From an uncultured delta proteobacterium (GTDB lineage Bacteria > Desulfobacterota > Binatia > Binatales > Binataceae), in contig CAWJFQ010000005.1 in assembly GCA_963842215.1 (NCBI GenBank), positions 841 to 64,840 of the forward strand: a stretch of DNA of 64,000 bases, given 5' to 3'. Every line of letters begins with the position of its first letter. Position 1 is the first letter of the stretch. Made by a program: the position numbers and the translations under genes. Under the pieces are notes generated by a model that saw nothing but the letters and a program-made list of their open reading frames with translations, was not told the DNA's origin and ran no database searches. Positions 20,512 to 30,309 of this stretch are shown piece after piece.

Positions 20512-20829
20512 ATGAATTTTCGCCACGCCGCCGCGCTTGCGATCATTGCCTGGTACCTGATGATTCCGCCGGTCAACGTCGATAACCGGGTTGACGCCCG
20601 CGCGCCTCTGTCGAACTGGAGACATGGGGTGAGCTTTGACACGGAAGATGAATGCAAGGCGTCTTTGAAAGACGCGATTGCGAACCCGATGACCGAGGCT
20701 GAATATCAAGCGGCCGCGAAAGCTACGCTGAAAGCCAAGATGCATCCGCTGAGTGAATCGGAGATGGCAAGGCGGACGCGGGAATCGGTATGCGTCTCCG
20801 CCGACGATCCTCGGCTCAAGGTAAAATAG
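20512..20829 (+). CDS. small secreted/anchored hypothetical protein
   Basis: 105 aa with hydrophobic N-terminus AALAIIAWYLMIPP. No family recognised. Confidence 0.45.
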   Translation: MNFRHAAALAIIAWYLMIPPVNVDNRVDARAPLSNWRHGVSFDTEDECKASLKDAIANPMTEAEYQAAAKATLKAKMHPLSESEMARRTRESVCVSADDPRLKVK

Positions 20830-20850
20830 TCGCGGCCGCCCGTTGCTCGC

Positions 20851-21771
20851 TTACGTCAGCTTCGTGCCGACGCTGACGTCGCCGGCTGCTGCAAGTTCGG
20901 CGGGAGCGACCTTTTTTGGATTTGGATCGATTCGAGCTCGCTTGGCCGTAATCGTGCCACCTGCGAGCGCTACCTTCATTCCGTCGGCGTCGATGTCCAC
21001 TATCGTGCCGGGTGCTGCGTCCGGGCGGGCTGACGAAAAGCTGGCTTCGTAGAGGCGGATGCGTTTATTGCCGGCGCTGGCGAACGCGCCCGGCTGCGGA
21101 TCGCACCCGCGAATCAGGTTGAAGACTGCGCGCGCGGGTTTCGTGAAATCGATCTTGGCGTGCTCGTCGCGGCATGGCGGCTCGTAGGTCGCCTTGCTCT
21201 CGTCCTGCGGGATAGCGGGCGCGTTACCCGACTTGATGAGGTCGACCGCCTCGACCATCGCGTCGATACCCATCGGAAAGAGCGTGTTGAAATAAATCGA
21301 GCCGACGGTGTCGCCCTCCGCAATCGGCACCCGCTTCTGAACGAGGATCGGTCCGGTGTCGATGCCCTTGTCGGGCCAGAACCAGGTAACTCCCGTTTCC
21401 TCATCGCCCTGTATGATCGCCCAGTTGATTCCGCTGGCGCCGCGATGGCGTGGGAGCAGTGAAGGGTGGAAGCAGATCGATTTGTAGCGCGGTGCGTAGA
21501 GAATGCGGTCGGGAACTATCAGCGTGACGAAGGCGAGGATGGCGAGCTCGGCGTCGAGCGCTTTGAAATGCTCGAAGGCGGCGTCGTTCTTGAACGACTT
21601 GGGCTGGCTGAGCGGCAATCCCATCGCGCGCGCCCTGGCCGCCAGCGGATCCGCCTTGCCGGCGGGCGAATCGGGCGGCGCGAACACATGAACGATCTCG
21701 TCGCCGTGTTCGACTAGCGCGGCAAGCGCCTTTTCTGCGAATGCAGCCTGGCCGAGCAGTGCAATACGCAA
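20851..21771 (-). CDS. formyltransferase family protein (methionyl-tRNA formyltransferase-like, two-domain)
   Basis: 306 aa. HPSLLPRHRGASGINWAIIQGDEETGVTWFWPDKGIDTGPIL formyl-transfer motif plus an Fmt-like C-terminal domain. Whether this is the true fmt is not certain. Confidence 0.7.
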   Translation of the reverse strand: MRIALLGQAAFAEKALAALVEHGDEIVHVFAPPDSPAGKADPLAARARAMGLPLSQPKSFKNDAAFEHFKALDAELAILAFVTLIVPDRILYAPRYKSICFHPSLLPRHRGASGINWAIIQGDEETGVTWFWPDKGIDTGPILVQKRVPIAEGDTVGSIYFNTLFPMGIDAMVEAVDLIKSGNAPAIPQDESKATYEPPCRDEHAKIDFTKPARAVFNLIRGCDPQPGAFASAGNKRIRLYEASFSSARPDAAPGTIVDIDADGMKVALAGGTITAKRARIDPNPKKVAPAELAAAGDVSVGTKLT

Positions 21772-21866
21772 GGTGCGATCCTCCGAACGGTTCTGCGGTC
21801 ACGCTACCAAATCAAAAACGGAGTTGCACCTTGAAGAGCGATTGACACAGTCGGTCGCGGGCCGCT

Positions 21867-23714
21867 TTGATGAGCGATCGAATGTTCTCCACTCGACGCC
21901 TGTCGCTCCTGCTTGCGAGCTTGTTCCTGTTCCTCGTTGCGCCGTCTCGCGCGCAAGAACCCGCCGAGGCGCATCATGGACGCGGCCGAATCGTGGTGCT
22001 GATGGTGTGGGATGGGCTGCGGCCCGACCTGGTCACGCAACGCGACACGCCAAATCTCTTTCGGCTGGCGCGCGAGGGTGTGCGTTTCGACAAGCATCAT
22101 TCGATGTTCCCGACGCTCACGATGGTCAATGCCACGGCGCTCGCCACCGGGGCGCCTCCCGGAATAAACGGACTCGAGGGCAACAACTTTTACCTGGAGC
22201 CGTCGCCGGAATCGCCGAAGGGCCAGATCGTCAGTGCTGAGGGGCCCAAGGCGATCCTGAATATCAACGGCGCCAGCGCATTCAAGGGCCGGCTGATCGG
22301 GCTCGACACGATCACGCAGGAAGTCGCGCGCGAGGGCGGCTACACGGCAGTGATCGGCAAGCAGGGACCGACCTCGGTCTTCGACAACCGGGTTGCGACA
22401 GTCGTCGACGGCAAGGACATCGTCGGCGAGCCGCACAAGGATTACCTGTTTGCGTCGGAAGACCTGGTCGCACCGGTGGCGGCGGCTCAGAAGGTAAGCG
22501 TCCCGCCGGAGTCGAAAACCGCGGTGGCCGATGAGCAGCGTGACTTGTATTTCGCGCGGTTAGTGACTGAGGACGCACTGCCAGCCGCGAAGGCCGCGGC
22601 CGATGAGGGCCGGCCTGCGCTGGTCGTCTTCTGGCAGCATAATCCAGATCTCACGCAACACGTTGCGGGCTTGGGTACGGCGCCCGCGATGCAGGCGCTG
22701 AGCCTTGCCGACGACAACTTGATGCGGGTGCGCGCCGCGATCGATGCGCTGGGAATCGCGGACAAGATCGATATCATGGTCGTGTCGGATCACGGTTTCG
22801 CGACTATCAAGTTGCGGCTCGTGCTGTCAGAGATGCTGGTGGCGGCGGGAATCAAGCAATCGCATGAGAGCAGCGACATCGTCGTCGTACCCAACGGCGG
22901 TGCGGATCTCGTGTACCTGTCGCCGACGGAGTTTCCATCGCCGGAGTCTAAACGCGCGGTGCTGCAGAAGATCGTCAACTTCGCCGAGGCGCAGGAATGG
23001 TGCGGGCCGATCTTCTCGCGTGAGTCCGCAACTGCGCCCGATGAGCCCAGCCGCCGCGGACGGCGTCAGCGCGCGCCGAAGCCGTATCTCGGCTGGATCG
23101 ATGGCACCTTCAGCCAGCGCGTGATCGGCCTCTACAATGCTGCGCGCTCGCCCGACCTGGTGATTTCATTTCGCGAAGAACCTGATGCGGACAACAAGCA
23201 CCTCACCGGGCCAGGCAATCCTGCGTTTCTGATTGGCCAGATAGGACAGGTCTCGACGCCAAACAAATCAGCCGAGCTGGTGCATCCAGTGAAAGGCGTC
23301 GTCTACGCGGATACCGGGACCAGTACGACGTTTACCACCGGCATGGGGATGCATGGCGCGGCGGGCGAGCGCGAGATTCATAATTTCTGCGCGGCGACCG
23401 GCCCGGATTTCCGCCGCGGCTTCGTAGATTTCAATCCCACGGCGAACGTCGACGTTGCGCCGACCATCACGCAGATTTTGGGCACGCAGACGAATATCGG
23501 ACCCGGCGGCGTCGTGCCCGCTGGACGCGCGATGGCCGAGGCGTTGCTCGACGGTCGTCGCAGTGCCGGAGGATCGCATACGCAAACGATGACGACCAAC
23601 CTGATGCTGCAAGGCGTCGAAGCCGTGACGACAATCCACGTGACATGGATCGGCGACGAGCCATATCTCGACAACTCGTCAGTCGAGCACAAGCCGCTGG
23701 GCAGCTCGCCATAA
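21867..23714 (+). CDS. alkaline-phosphatase superfamily protein (nucleotide pyrophosphatase/phosphodiesterase type), secreted
   Basis: Signal peptide, then VVLMVWDGLRPDLV...FPTLTMVNATALATG metal/nucleophile motif, and later MVVSDHGF. Confidence 0.75.
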   Translation: MMSDRMFSTRRLSLLLASLFLFLVAPSRAQEPAEAHHGRGRIVVLMVWDGLRPDLVTQRDTPNLFRLAREGVRFDKHHSMFPTLTMVNATALATGAPPGINGLEGNNFYLEPSPESPKGQIVSAEGPKAILNINGASAFKGRLIGLDTITQEVAREGGYTAVIGKQGPTSVFDNRVATVVDGKDIVGEPHKDYLFASEDLVAPVAAAQKVSVPPESKTAVADEQRDLYFARLVTEDALPAAKAAADEGRPALVVFWQHNPDLTQHVAGLGTAPAMQALSLADDNLMRVRAAIDALGIADKIDIMVVSDHGFATIKLRLVLSEMLVAAGIKQSHESSDIVVVPNGGADLVYLSPTEFPSPESKRAVLQKIVNFAEAQEWCGPIFSRESATAPDEPSRRGRRQRAPKPYLGWIDGTFSQRVIGLYNAARSPDLVISFREEPDADNKHLTGPGNPAFLIGQIGQVSTPNKSAELVHPVKGVVYADTGTSTTFTTGMGMHGAAGEREIHNFCAATGPDFRRGFVDFNPTANVDVAPTITQILGTQTNIGPGGVVPAGRAMAEALLDGRRSAGGSHTQTMTTNLMLQGVEAVTTIHVTWIGDEPYLDNSSVEHKPLGSSP

Positions 23715-23718
23715 AGGG

Positions 23719-24996
23719 TCAGTCCAGCTCAGTGATCGAACGGCCGCGCGTTTCGGGAAGGATCCAGACCAACAGGGCGCCCAATGTCGAGAAGAGTGCG
23801 CCGAGCGACAGCGTTGCGCCGAAACCGACGCGCGCGCCGAGTATCGCAATCAGAATCGGCGTGAAGAACTGAAATCCGCGCGTCACGTTGAGCAGCAAGC
23901 CGAGCGCGGTGTTGCGAATCCGCGTCGGCATCAGCTCGGCGATCATCGGCGCGACTCCTGCCCAGATGCCGGTGCCGAAACCGGCCGTGAACATGGCAGC
24001 CGAGATGAGTCCGCGCGCCGCGATCGCGTAGTTCCATAGTATAGTCGGCGGTATCGTGCCCGCGGCCATCAATAGACCGTACGCGCAGAAGGCCGGCCGG
24101 CGGCCGAATCTGTCCGCGACGCGTCCGAACGTTAGGTAGCCGAGCACGCCGCCGATCTGCATCTTGATCAACAGGTGGCTCGCGCCCGTCGCCGTGAGCC
24201 CGCGCTTGAGTTCCAGGTATCCCGGCATCCAGGTGTATGTGAACCAGTACGCCTCGGAGTTCAGGAGGACGACGATGAACAGCAGCACGAAAATGCGCCG
24301 ATGGACGAGAATTGCACGCAGGTCAACGCCGCGGCCGCCGAGATCGGCGCGCGTGCGGCGCCAGACGTCGCTCTCCGGCATCCACCTCAGGACTGCGGCG
24401 ACGACAAACACTGCAGGGATCGCGGATGCTATGAACGTCAGACGCCATCCGATCGCAGGCGCCAGATAACCGCCCGCGGCCGCTGCCAGCAAGACCCCGA
24501 GCGGCGCTCCGGTCTGCACATACGCGGCGTATCGAGCGCGTCGTTCGGCCGGCACGCTTTCGGCGACCAGGCTTTGTCCGGGGGCCCAGCCGCCGCCCAT
24601 GCCGAGTCCGGTGATGGATCGAAACAGGATCAGCTGAACGAGACTGTGACTGAATCCGCACAGCGCGGTGCCAACGCCATAGATCGCGACCGTCGCCACG
24701 ATCATGGGCTTGCGCCCGAAGCGATCGCCAAGGAAGCCGAAAACCACTCCGCCGAGCGCAGTCATCAGCAGCGACGTACCCAGCGCAACCGACGACTGCT
24801 CTGGCGTCAGTTGGAGTTCGCGCGCGACCGGAACCAGCAGGAATGAGTAGAGAATCAAATCGTAGAAGTCGAAAATCCAGGCAGCGAAGGCGAGCGCGAC
24901 AATCCTCAGGTGAATCGCGCCGGCCACGCGCTGGTTCATCGGCAACTCGTGCGGCACAGCAGGCTCTGGCGGCTGTATTTTAACGACTGGCTCCAT
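23719..24996 (-). CDS. MFS transporter
   Basis: 425 aa with about 12 TM helices. Motif A-like GFLGDRFGRKP and second-half FGRVADRFGRRP. Confidence 0.85.
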   Translation of the reverse strand: MEPVVKIQPPEPAVPHELPMNQRVAGAIHLRIVALAFAAWIFDFYDLILYSFLLVPVARELQLTPEQSSVALGTSLLMTALGGVVFGFLGDRFGRKPMIVATVAIYGVGTALCGFSHSLVQLILFRSITGLGMGGGWAPGQSLVAESVPAERRARYAAYVQTGAPLGVLLAAAAGGYLAPAIGWRLTFIASAIPAVFVVAAVLRWMPESDVWRRTRADLGGRGVDLRAILVHRRIFVLLFIVVLLNSEAYWFTYTWMPGYLELKRGLTATGASHLLIKMQIGGVLGYLTFGRVADRFGRRPAFCAYGLLMAAGTIPPTILWNYAIAARGLISAAMFTAGFGTGIWAGVAPMIAELMPTRIRNTALGLLLNVTRGFQFFTPILIAILGARVGFGATLSLGALFSTLGALLVWILPETRGRSITELD

Positions 24997-25083
24997 CGCG
25001 GCGGGTATGGTTGGCTATTCTTGCGGGTCGCGATTGTCAAGGGAACGCGCTTGGCGGACGCACTTTCGCATCTCGGAGGACCA

Positions 25084-26823
25084 ATGTTCAGAAGGTTTTT
25101 TCGCTGGATCTTACGAACGGCGATCATTGTCGTGGTGCTGGTCGCGATCGTCGCGATCTCGGAGCACATCTCGCATCGCGTGCCGCCGAACTCGATCTTG
25201 TCGGTCGAGCTTGACGGCACGGTCGTCGAGCGCGGCGGCACCAGCGTGCTCGGGCTGTTGAGCAAAAATCAGACTGCGCTCAACGTATTGCGGAATGCGC
25301 TTAATCGCGGAGCGACCGATCCAAAAATCGTCGGCCTCGAAATCAAGGTCATCGACCCCGAGATGGAGCTGGCGCAGGCGCAGGAGATCGTCGCTCTGAT
25401 CAAATCGTTCAAGCGCCATGGCAAATGGACGACCGCATATCTCGAGACCGCCGGCGAATCGGGCGCGGGCAATTTGCCGTACATTGTCGCCAGCGCCGCC
25501 GATGAGGTCTCGCTGATGCCGCAAGGCGATCTCAATCTGATGGGCGTGCAACTGCGCGAGCTGTTCCTGCGCGGCACGCTCGACTGGATCGGAATCACGC
25601 CAAACTTCGCTTCGGCCGGCAAGTACAAGAGCGCGGCCAATATGTTCACCAACAAGGACTTCACGGAGGCGCAAAAGGAAGAGGATGAGGGCCTGGCTGG
25701 CAATCTGTTCGATCAGGTCGTCGCCGCAATCGGGACCGAGCGCAAGCTGACTCCTGACGCGATCAAGGCTTTGATCGATCAGGCGCCGTTGCATGCGGAA
25801 CAGGGTCTGAAGGCGCACCTGGTCGATCGACTCGAATACGAGGACGAATTTACCGAGCGCGCGAAAAACCACGGCGGCTCGCGGCACAAGGTTGTCGACT
25901 ACAACGACTATGCGCGTCAGAGCCTGTTCTCTAGGTTGGGTAGCGGCGATGAGATCGCGGTGATTTACGGCGACGGCGACATTCAACGCGGCAATGAGGG
26001 TCTCGATCCGTTTTCAACTCCCAACTCCAGCGCGATAACTTCTGACGACATGGCCGACGCGTTCAAATCCGCGCGCGACGACGACGACGTTCGCGCCGTG
26101 ATCCTGCGCGTCGATTCGCCCGGCGGCTCGATGCTCGCGTCGGAGCTCATCGGCCGCGAGGTCGAGCGCACGGCGAGTAAAAAGCCGGTTGTCGTCAGCA
26201 TGTCGGGCTTCGCTGCGTCCGGCGGGTACCTGATATCGCTTCCTGCAGCGAAGATCGTCGCCGAGCCCGGCACCATCACCGGCTCGATTGGCGTACTCGG
26301 CGGCAAGTTCAACGTTACGCCCGCAATGCAAAAGATCTTTGCCAACAGCGACGTGGTGAGCCGCGGGGCAAACGTGGGAATGTTCGACATGTGGTCCGAC
26401 TTCACGCCCGCGCAATCCGTGAAGTTCCAGGACGACATCATGCGCGACTACCAGTACTTCCTGAAGCTGGTCGCGAGCGGCCGCCATATCACGGTGGAGC
26501 AGGCCGACGCGGTGGCGCAGGGACGGGTCTGGACGGGCGAGCAGGCGCTCCAGATGAAGCTGGTCGATTCGCTTGGCGGACTCGACGACGCGATGGCGGC
26601 GGCCAAAGGACTCGCGCGTCTTGCGCCCGATCAGGAGGTCGGAATCGTCGAGCTTCCCGAGCAGCCGGGGTTGTTGCAAACGCTGATGAGCGGCAAGATG
26701 GCGGCGACCATCACGCAACATCCGGCCGCGCGGCTGGTTGAGCCAGTCATCGAGTTGATTCGAGCGGCACTCAGCGGTCACGCGATTCTTGCCGCGTATT
26801 GTCCGGTGGTGCCGATGCTCTGA
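25084..26823 (+). CDS. sppA: signal peptide peptidase SppA, 67K type (tandem S49 domains)
   Basis: ORF track starts at 24910, inside the MFS gene. The ATG at 25084 follows GGAGGA and gives MFRRFFRWILRTAIIVVVLV. Motifs VILRVDSPGGS, SMSGFAASGGY. Confidence 0.85.
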   Translation: MFRRFFRWILRTAIIVVVLVAIVAISEHISHRVPPNSILSVELDGTVVERGGTSVLGLLSKNQTALNVLRNALNRGATDPKIVGLEIKVIDPEMELAQAQEIVALIKSFKRHGKWTTAYLETAGESGAGNLPYIVASAADEVSLMPQGDLNLMGVQLRELFLRGTLDWIGITPNFASAGKYKSAANMFTNKDFTEAQKEEDEGLAGNLFDQVVAAIGTERKLTPDAIKALIDQAPLHAEQGLKAHLVDRLEYEDEFTERAKNHGGSRHKVVDYNDYARQSLFSRLGSGDEIAVIYGDGDIQRGNEGLDPFSTPNSSAITSDDMADAFKSARDDDDVRAVILRVDSPGGSMLASELIGREVERTASKKPVVVSMSGFAASGGYLISLPAAKIVAEPGTITGSIGVLGGKFNVTPAMQKIFANSDVVSRGANVGMFDMWSDFTPAQSVKFQDDIMRDYQYFLKLVASGRHITVEQADAVAQGRVWTGEQALQMKLVDSLGGLDDAMAAAKGLARLAPDQEVGIVELPEQPGLLQTLMSGKMAATITQHPAARLVEPVIELIRAALSGHAILAAYCPVVPML

Positions 26824-26849
26824 TCGTTATCCGAAGCGGAGGCAACCCG

Positions 26850-27266
26850 ATGGAATCGCAGCTCGAAGGATTTCTCAATTTGCTGGGTGAAGCCGAACGC
26901 GCCGGCGGACGCGTCCTGCACGAGCTCACAGAGCAGGCGCAGTCGCTCGAACTGCGTGAGATGCTCAAGAAGGTCGGCCACGACGAAGGCTACTATGCGG
27001 GAGAGCTGGCGGCGCACGTCCGCAGGCTCGGCGGGAGTCCGTCGACGAAGACGGGAGACTTTGTCGAAAAGGTTCGCGCGGTTGGCGATTTTCGCGGCAA
27101 GCTCGAGCTGCTGAATCGCGGACAGCGATGGGTGATTCGCAAGATCGAGGAGAACGTCGTGTCCATCGGCGATGCGCCGCTCAAGGCATTCCTGGTGGTG
27201 ATGGCGCAGGGGCATCGGGTCAATATCGGCGCGCTCGAAGACGCCCTGAAGGAAGGGCTTGTCTGA
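26850..27266 (+). CDS. helical (ferritin-like / four-helix-bundle-like) hypothetical protein
   Basis: ATG at 26850 after GGAGG. All-helical sequence LNLLGEAERAGGRVLHEL...HDEGYYAGELAAHVRRLGG. Family not confidently recognised. Confidence 0.5.
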   Translation: MESQLEGFLNLLGEAERAGGRVLHELTEQAQSLELREMLKKVGHDEGYYAGELAAHVRRLGGSPSTKTGDFVEKVRAVGDFRGKLELLNRGQRWVIRKIEENVVSIGDAPLKAFLVVMAQGHRVNIGALEDALKEGLV

Positions 27267-27534
27267 CAGCTTCGGAGCAAGTCTCGTGCGGCAAACAATA
27301 ATCGGCCTGCTGATGGTCGCGCTGACAGCGGCGTTCTTCTATTGGGTCGGCAGGCGCCGCTACAAATGTCCCTTCTGCGGCCGCATCGTCAAGTACGAGG
27401 ACATCAATTGCCCGCATTGCGGCAACGACATGAAATATCGGCACCGCGCTGGTCCCGAAGCGGTTCCACGCGCAGCGGCTGATCTGCGACCCGGAAGACG
27501 CCGCTCTAGCGGCGACCGCTCTTCACGGCATTGA
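27259..27534 (+). CDS. small membrane-anchored zinc-ribbon protein
   Basis: TM helix IIGLLMVALTAAFFYWV followed by CPFCGRIVKYEDINCPHCG. A GTG at 27286 with upstream GGAG is an alternative start. The 3' end overlaps the convergent ORF by 29 nt. Confidence 0.4.
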   Translation: MSDSFGASLVRQTIIGLLMVALTAAFFYWVGRRRYKCPFCGRIVKYEDINCPHCGNDMKYRHRAGPEAVPRAAADLRPGRRRSSGDRSSRH

Positions 27535-27787
27535 GGGCAGACACGGCCGATGTGGCGCGACGCAAAAAAGTCTGGGTCTGAGCCTTCGAATTGATCGGAA
27601 GGCGCACGTAGTCGTCGCCCACCTTCAGGTCGGCGAAAAACCCGGCCGGGTCTTCATGGAAATGCAAAAAGCCGACTGAGCGGCAGGAGAACGATCCGCG
27701 CTTTTTTTCCCTGACTCCGTCGAGCCGCCGAATTTCCTCGAGGATCGGCTCGAGCTGATCGAGCGCATCCGGTCCCGCGTGCTTCAT
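27506..27787 (-). CDS. conserved-looking hypothetical protein downstream of fur
   Basis: 93 aa on the same strand as the Fur-family gene, 16 nt downstream of it. No family recognised. Confidence 0.45.
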   Translation of the reverse strand: MKHAGPDALDQLEPILEEIRRLDGVREKKRGSFSCRSVGFLHFHEDPAGFFADLKVGDDYVRLPINSKAQTQTFLRRATSAVSALNAVKSGRR

Positions 27788-27803
27788 AGCCGTCAGGTGC
27801 CGG

Positions 27804-28310
27804 CTAGAGACCCTGCTGGGCGTGGTGGCAGTCGGAGCAAATTCCGTACAGCTCCATCTTGTGCCGGGTCAGCGTCACGCCGAGATCGCGCGCGACGATA
27901 TTCTGCATGCGCTCAATGGCGGCGTTCTCGAACTCGATAATCCGGCCGCATCGCTCGCAGATGAAATGATCGTGATGACGTTCGCCGACAGCTTCGTAGC
28001 GCGCCTGTCCCTCGTCGAAATGACGCTCGTATAACAGCGCACATTCCTTCAACAGGCGCAGCGTGCGGTATATCGTCGCATAGCCGACGTGCGGGTTAAT
28101 CTTCTTGACCTCCGCGTACAGTTCCTCGGCACTGATATGGTGCCCATGCTCGAAGAATACGCGCGCGATGTCGTCGCGCTGGCCGGTCGACTTGAGCCCG
28201 CGCTCCTTGAGCCGCGTGTGGAAGGTGAGCATCCGCTGTTCCGCGCTGACCGCGGGCTTGCGATCGATTACGGTATGACCAGCCGAACTGATTTCGCCGG
28301 GACGCTGCAT
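27804..28310 (-). CDS. Fur family transcriptional regulator (Fur/Zur/PerR class not resolved)
   Basis: ORF 27804..28481. The Met at 28310 avoids overlap with the upstream gene. Motifs STGQRDDIARVF, ATIYRTLRLL, HHDHFICERCG and C-terminal CSDCH. Confidence 0.85.
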   Translation of the reverse strand: MQRPGEISSAGHTVIDRKPAVSAEQRMLTFHTRLKERGLKSTGQRDDIARVFFEHGHHISAEELYAEVKKINPHVGYATIYRTLRLLKECALLYERHFDEGQARYEAVGERHHDHFICERCGRIIEFENAAIERMQNIVARDLGVTLTRHKMELYGICSDCHHAQQGL

Positions 28311-28318
28311 CTCGGTAC

Positions 28319-28612
28319 TCAGGATGGAGTGTCTCCCAGGTGAACGACACGCCGCGCCGCGGGCGACAGGTACAATGATTCCAGATCGCGCGAGCGCAGC
28401 GCTTCGGCGATCACTTCGAGCTGCTCCGCGGCCGGCTGATCGCGATCGATAATGACGAGGTTCTTTTCGCGCAGCCGGCACGCGCCGCCGCGCGTGCGGT
28501 AACCGATTTCGCGCATGATCTTTTCGCGACGTACTTCGAGCCCGACGCGCTCTGCTGCTTCCGCGAGCTCGTCCACAATTCTCATCATCCGCGGTTCGCT
28601 AAGTTCGCTCAT
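28319..28612 (-). CDS. hypothetical protein, first gene of the fur mini-operon
   Basis: 97-aa ORF ending 8 nt before the fur start. No family recognised. Confidence 0.5.
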   Translation of the reverse strand: MSELSEPRMMRIVDELAEAAERVGLEVRREKIMREIGYRTRGGACRLREKNLVIIDRDQPAAEQLEVIAEALRSRDLESLYLSPAARRVVHLGDTPS

Positions 28613-28716
28613 CTCACTCGTCCCACCTGCCCCATAACTTCGCTTGCGGTACTGCCGCCTCTTGAGGCATAACCGCGCGGCATGTTATCGCCGTAATTGA
28701 CGCGGAGGTTACGCGC

Positions 28717-29553
28717 TTGATCAAGAAAATCCTCGTCGGTATCGACACCTCCGAACACTCCAACAACGCGCAAGCGTACGCCTTTTATTTCGCCCGAACC
28801 TTCAATGCGTCGGTGATTGGACTGCATGTCGTCGATATCGTGTCGATCGAAGGCTCCTTTTTTCATGATATATCAGGTTCGCTCGGGCTGGAACCATATT
28901 TGGATTTCTCCTCCAAGATGCGCGAGGTGCTGACTGCCCGCGGCCGAGGCGTGCTCGACGAATTCAGCGCCGCCGCGCGCCGCGAGAATCTCGCGGTCGA
29001 GACCGTGCTCGACATGGGCATCGTCGCCAACCAGATTTGCGATCGAGCCCGCAGCGCCGACCTCGTCATGATTGGCCATCGCGGAGTCAACGAAAAGTTC
29101 TCGACCGGGCTGCTTGGATCGACGGCGGAGAGCGTGGCGCGCAAATCTCCACGCCAGCTGTGTATTACGCCGAATCGATTTCGCGAGGTTAAGCGCCCCG
29201 TGCTCGCTTACGATGGCAGCGAACGGGCGTCGCGCGCGATGCGCTCGGCGGCAGAAGTCGCCAACGGTCTCGGTGTCCCGATAACCGTCGTGACCTGCGC
29301 GCGCGATCCCAAGTTGGGTGAGCGGACTCTTGCCGAAGCGCGCACCTACTTCGAGAACTACACGCCCAAGGCCGAGTTCAAATTGCTGCAGGGTCACGCC
29401 AACGAGGAAATCGTGAAGTTCCTCAAAGAGCACGACGCAGACCTGCTCTTCATCGGCGCTTACGGGCACAGCAGAATCATCGAGATGGTGCTCGGCTCAA
29501 CCACCGAATACGTGCTTCGCAACTCGCCTTGTCCGGTGTTCCTGGCGCGCTGA
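28717..29553 (+). CDS. universal stress protein, tandem UspA domains
   Basis: TTG start 10 nt after GGAGG. IKKILVGIDTSEHS, MIGHRG...GSTAESV and second-domain GAYGHSRIIEMVLGSTTEYVLRNSPCPVFL. Confidence 0.85.
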   Translation: MIKKILVGIDTSEHSNNAQAYAFYFARTFNASVIGLHVVDIVSIEGSFFHDISGSLGLEPYLDFSSKMREVLTARGRGVLDEFSAAARRENLAVETVLDMGIVANQICDRARSADLVMIGHRGVNEKFSTGLLGSTAESVARKSPRQLCITPNRFREVKRPVLAYDGSERASRAMRSAAEVANGLGVPITVVTCARDPKLGERTLAEARTYFENYTPKAEFKLLQGHANEEIVKFLKEHDADLLFIGAYGHSRIIEMVLGSTTEYVLRNSPCPVFLAR

Positions 29554-29580
29554 ATTTCGCCGCGGCCGTGAGCTGTTCGG

Positions 29581-30309
29581 ATGAAACAAAATATCTACGA
29601 CGATCCGCGATTCTTCGAGGGCTACAGTAAACTGCGCCGCCACGAGAGCGGCCTTAACATGGCGGTGGACCAGCCGGCGATGCGCTCGCTGATGCCGCCG
29701 CTCGCCAATAAACGCCTGCTCGATCTCGGCTGCGGCTTCGGCAAAATGTGCCGCTACGCAATCGAGCAGGGCGCTGCGAGCGTGGTCGGCGTCGACATCT
29801 CGGCGAAGATGCTCGCGAAGGCGCGCGAAGAAACCGCCGATTCCCGCATCAGCTACATACACTCCGCACTCGAGGATCTGACCTGTGTGTCGGCCAGCTT
29901 CGACGTCGTCGTCAGCTCGCTCGCGCTGCATTACGTCGAGCGCTACGACCTGGTGTGCGCGAATGTGAGGTCGTGGCTGGTCGCCGGCGGCGCGTTCGTG
30001 TTCTCGGTCGAGCATCCGATGGTAACCGCGTATCCAGTCGGCCGGTACCTGGACGAAAAAGGCGAAGGACAGCACTGGCTAGTCGACAACTACAAGCTCG
30101 AGGGAATTCGGCACACGCAGTGGTTCATCGACGATGTGATCAAGTATCATCGCAGCGTCGAGACCTATATAAACACGCTGATAGACAAGGGCTTCACGAT
30201 AGTGCGGCTGCTCGAGCCCGAGGCAACCGAGGACGAAATTCGCAAACGTCCCGAGTTGCGCGAAGAGAGCCGGCGGCCGACTTTCATGCTGATCTCCGCG
30301 CGATCGTAG
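29581..30309 (+). CDS. class I SAM-dependent methyltransferase
   Basis: 242 aa. LLDLGCGFG motif I and FDVVVSSLALHY. Confidence 0.8.
   Translation: MKQNIYDDPRFFEGYSKLRRHESGLNMAVDQPAMRSLMPPLANKRLLDLGCGFGKMCRYAIEQGAASVVGVDISAKMLAKAREETADSRISYIHSALEDLTCVSASFDVVVSSLALHYVERYDLVCANVRSWLVAGGAFVFSVEHPMVTAYPVGRYLDEKGEGQHWLVDNYKLEGIRHTQWFIDDVIKYHRSVETYINTLIDKGFTIVRLLEPEATEDEIRKRPELREESRRPTFMLISARS

Noticed and set aside
24910-25083. N-terminal extension of sppA given by the ORF track
   Set aside because: It overlaps the MFS gene on the other strand, has no signal or TM character, and a GGAGGA RBS precedes the ATG at 25084.
28440-28465. Fur-box-like GATAATGA string
   Set aside because: Only the first 8 positions match the 19-bp Fur consensus, and it lies inside the 97-aa coding region.
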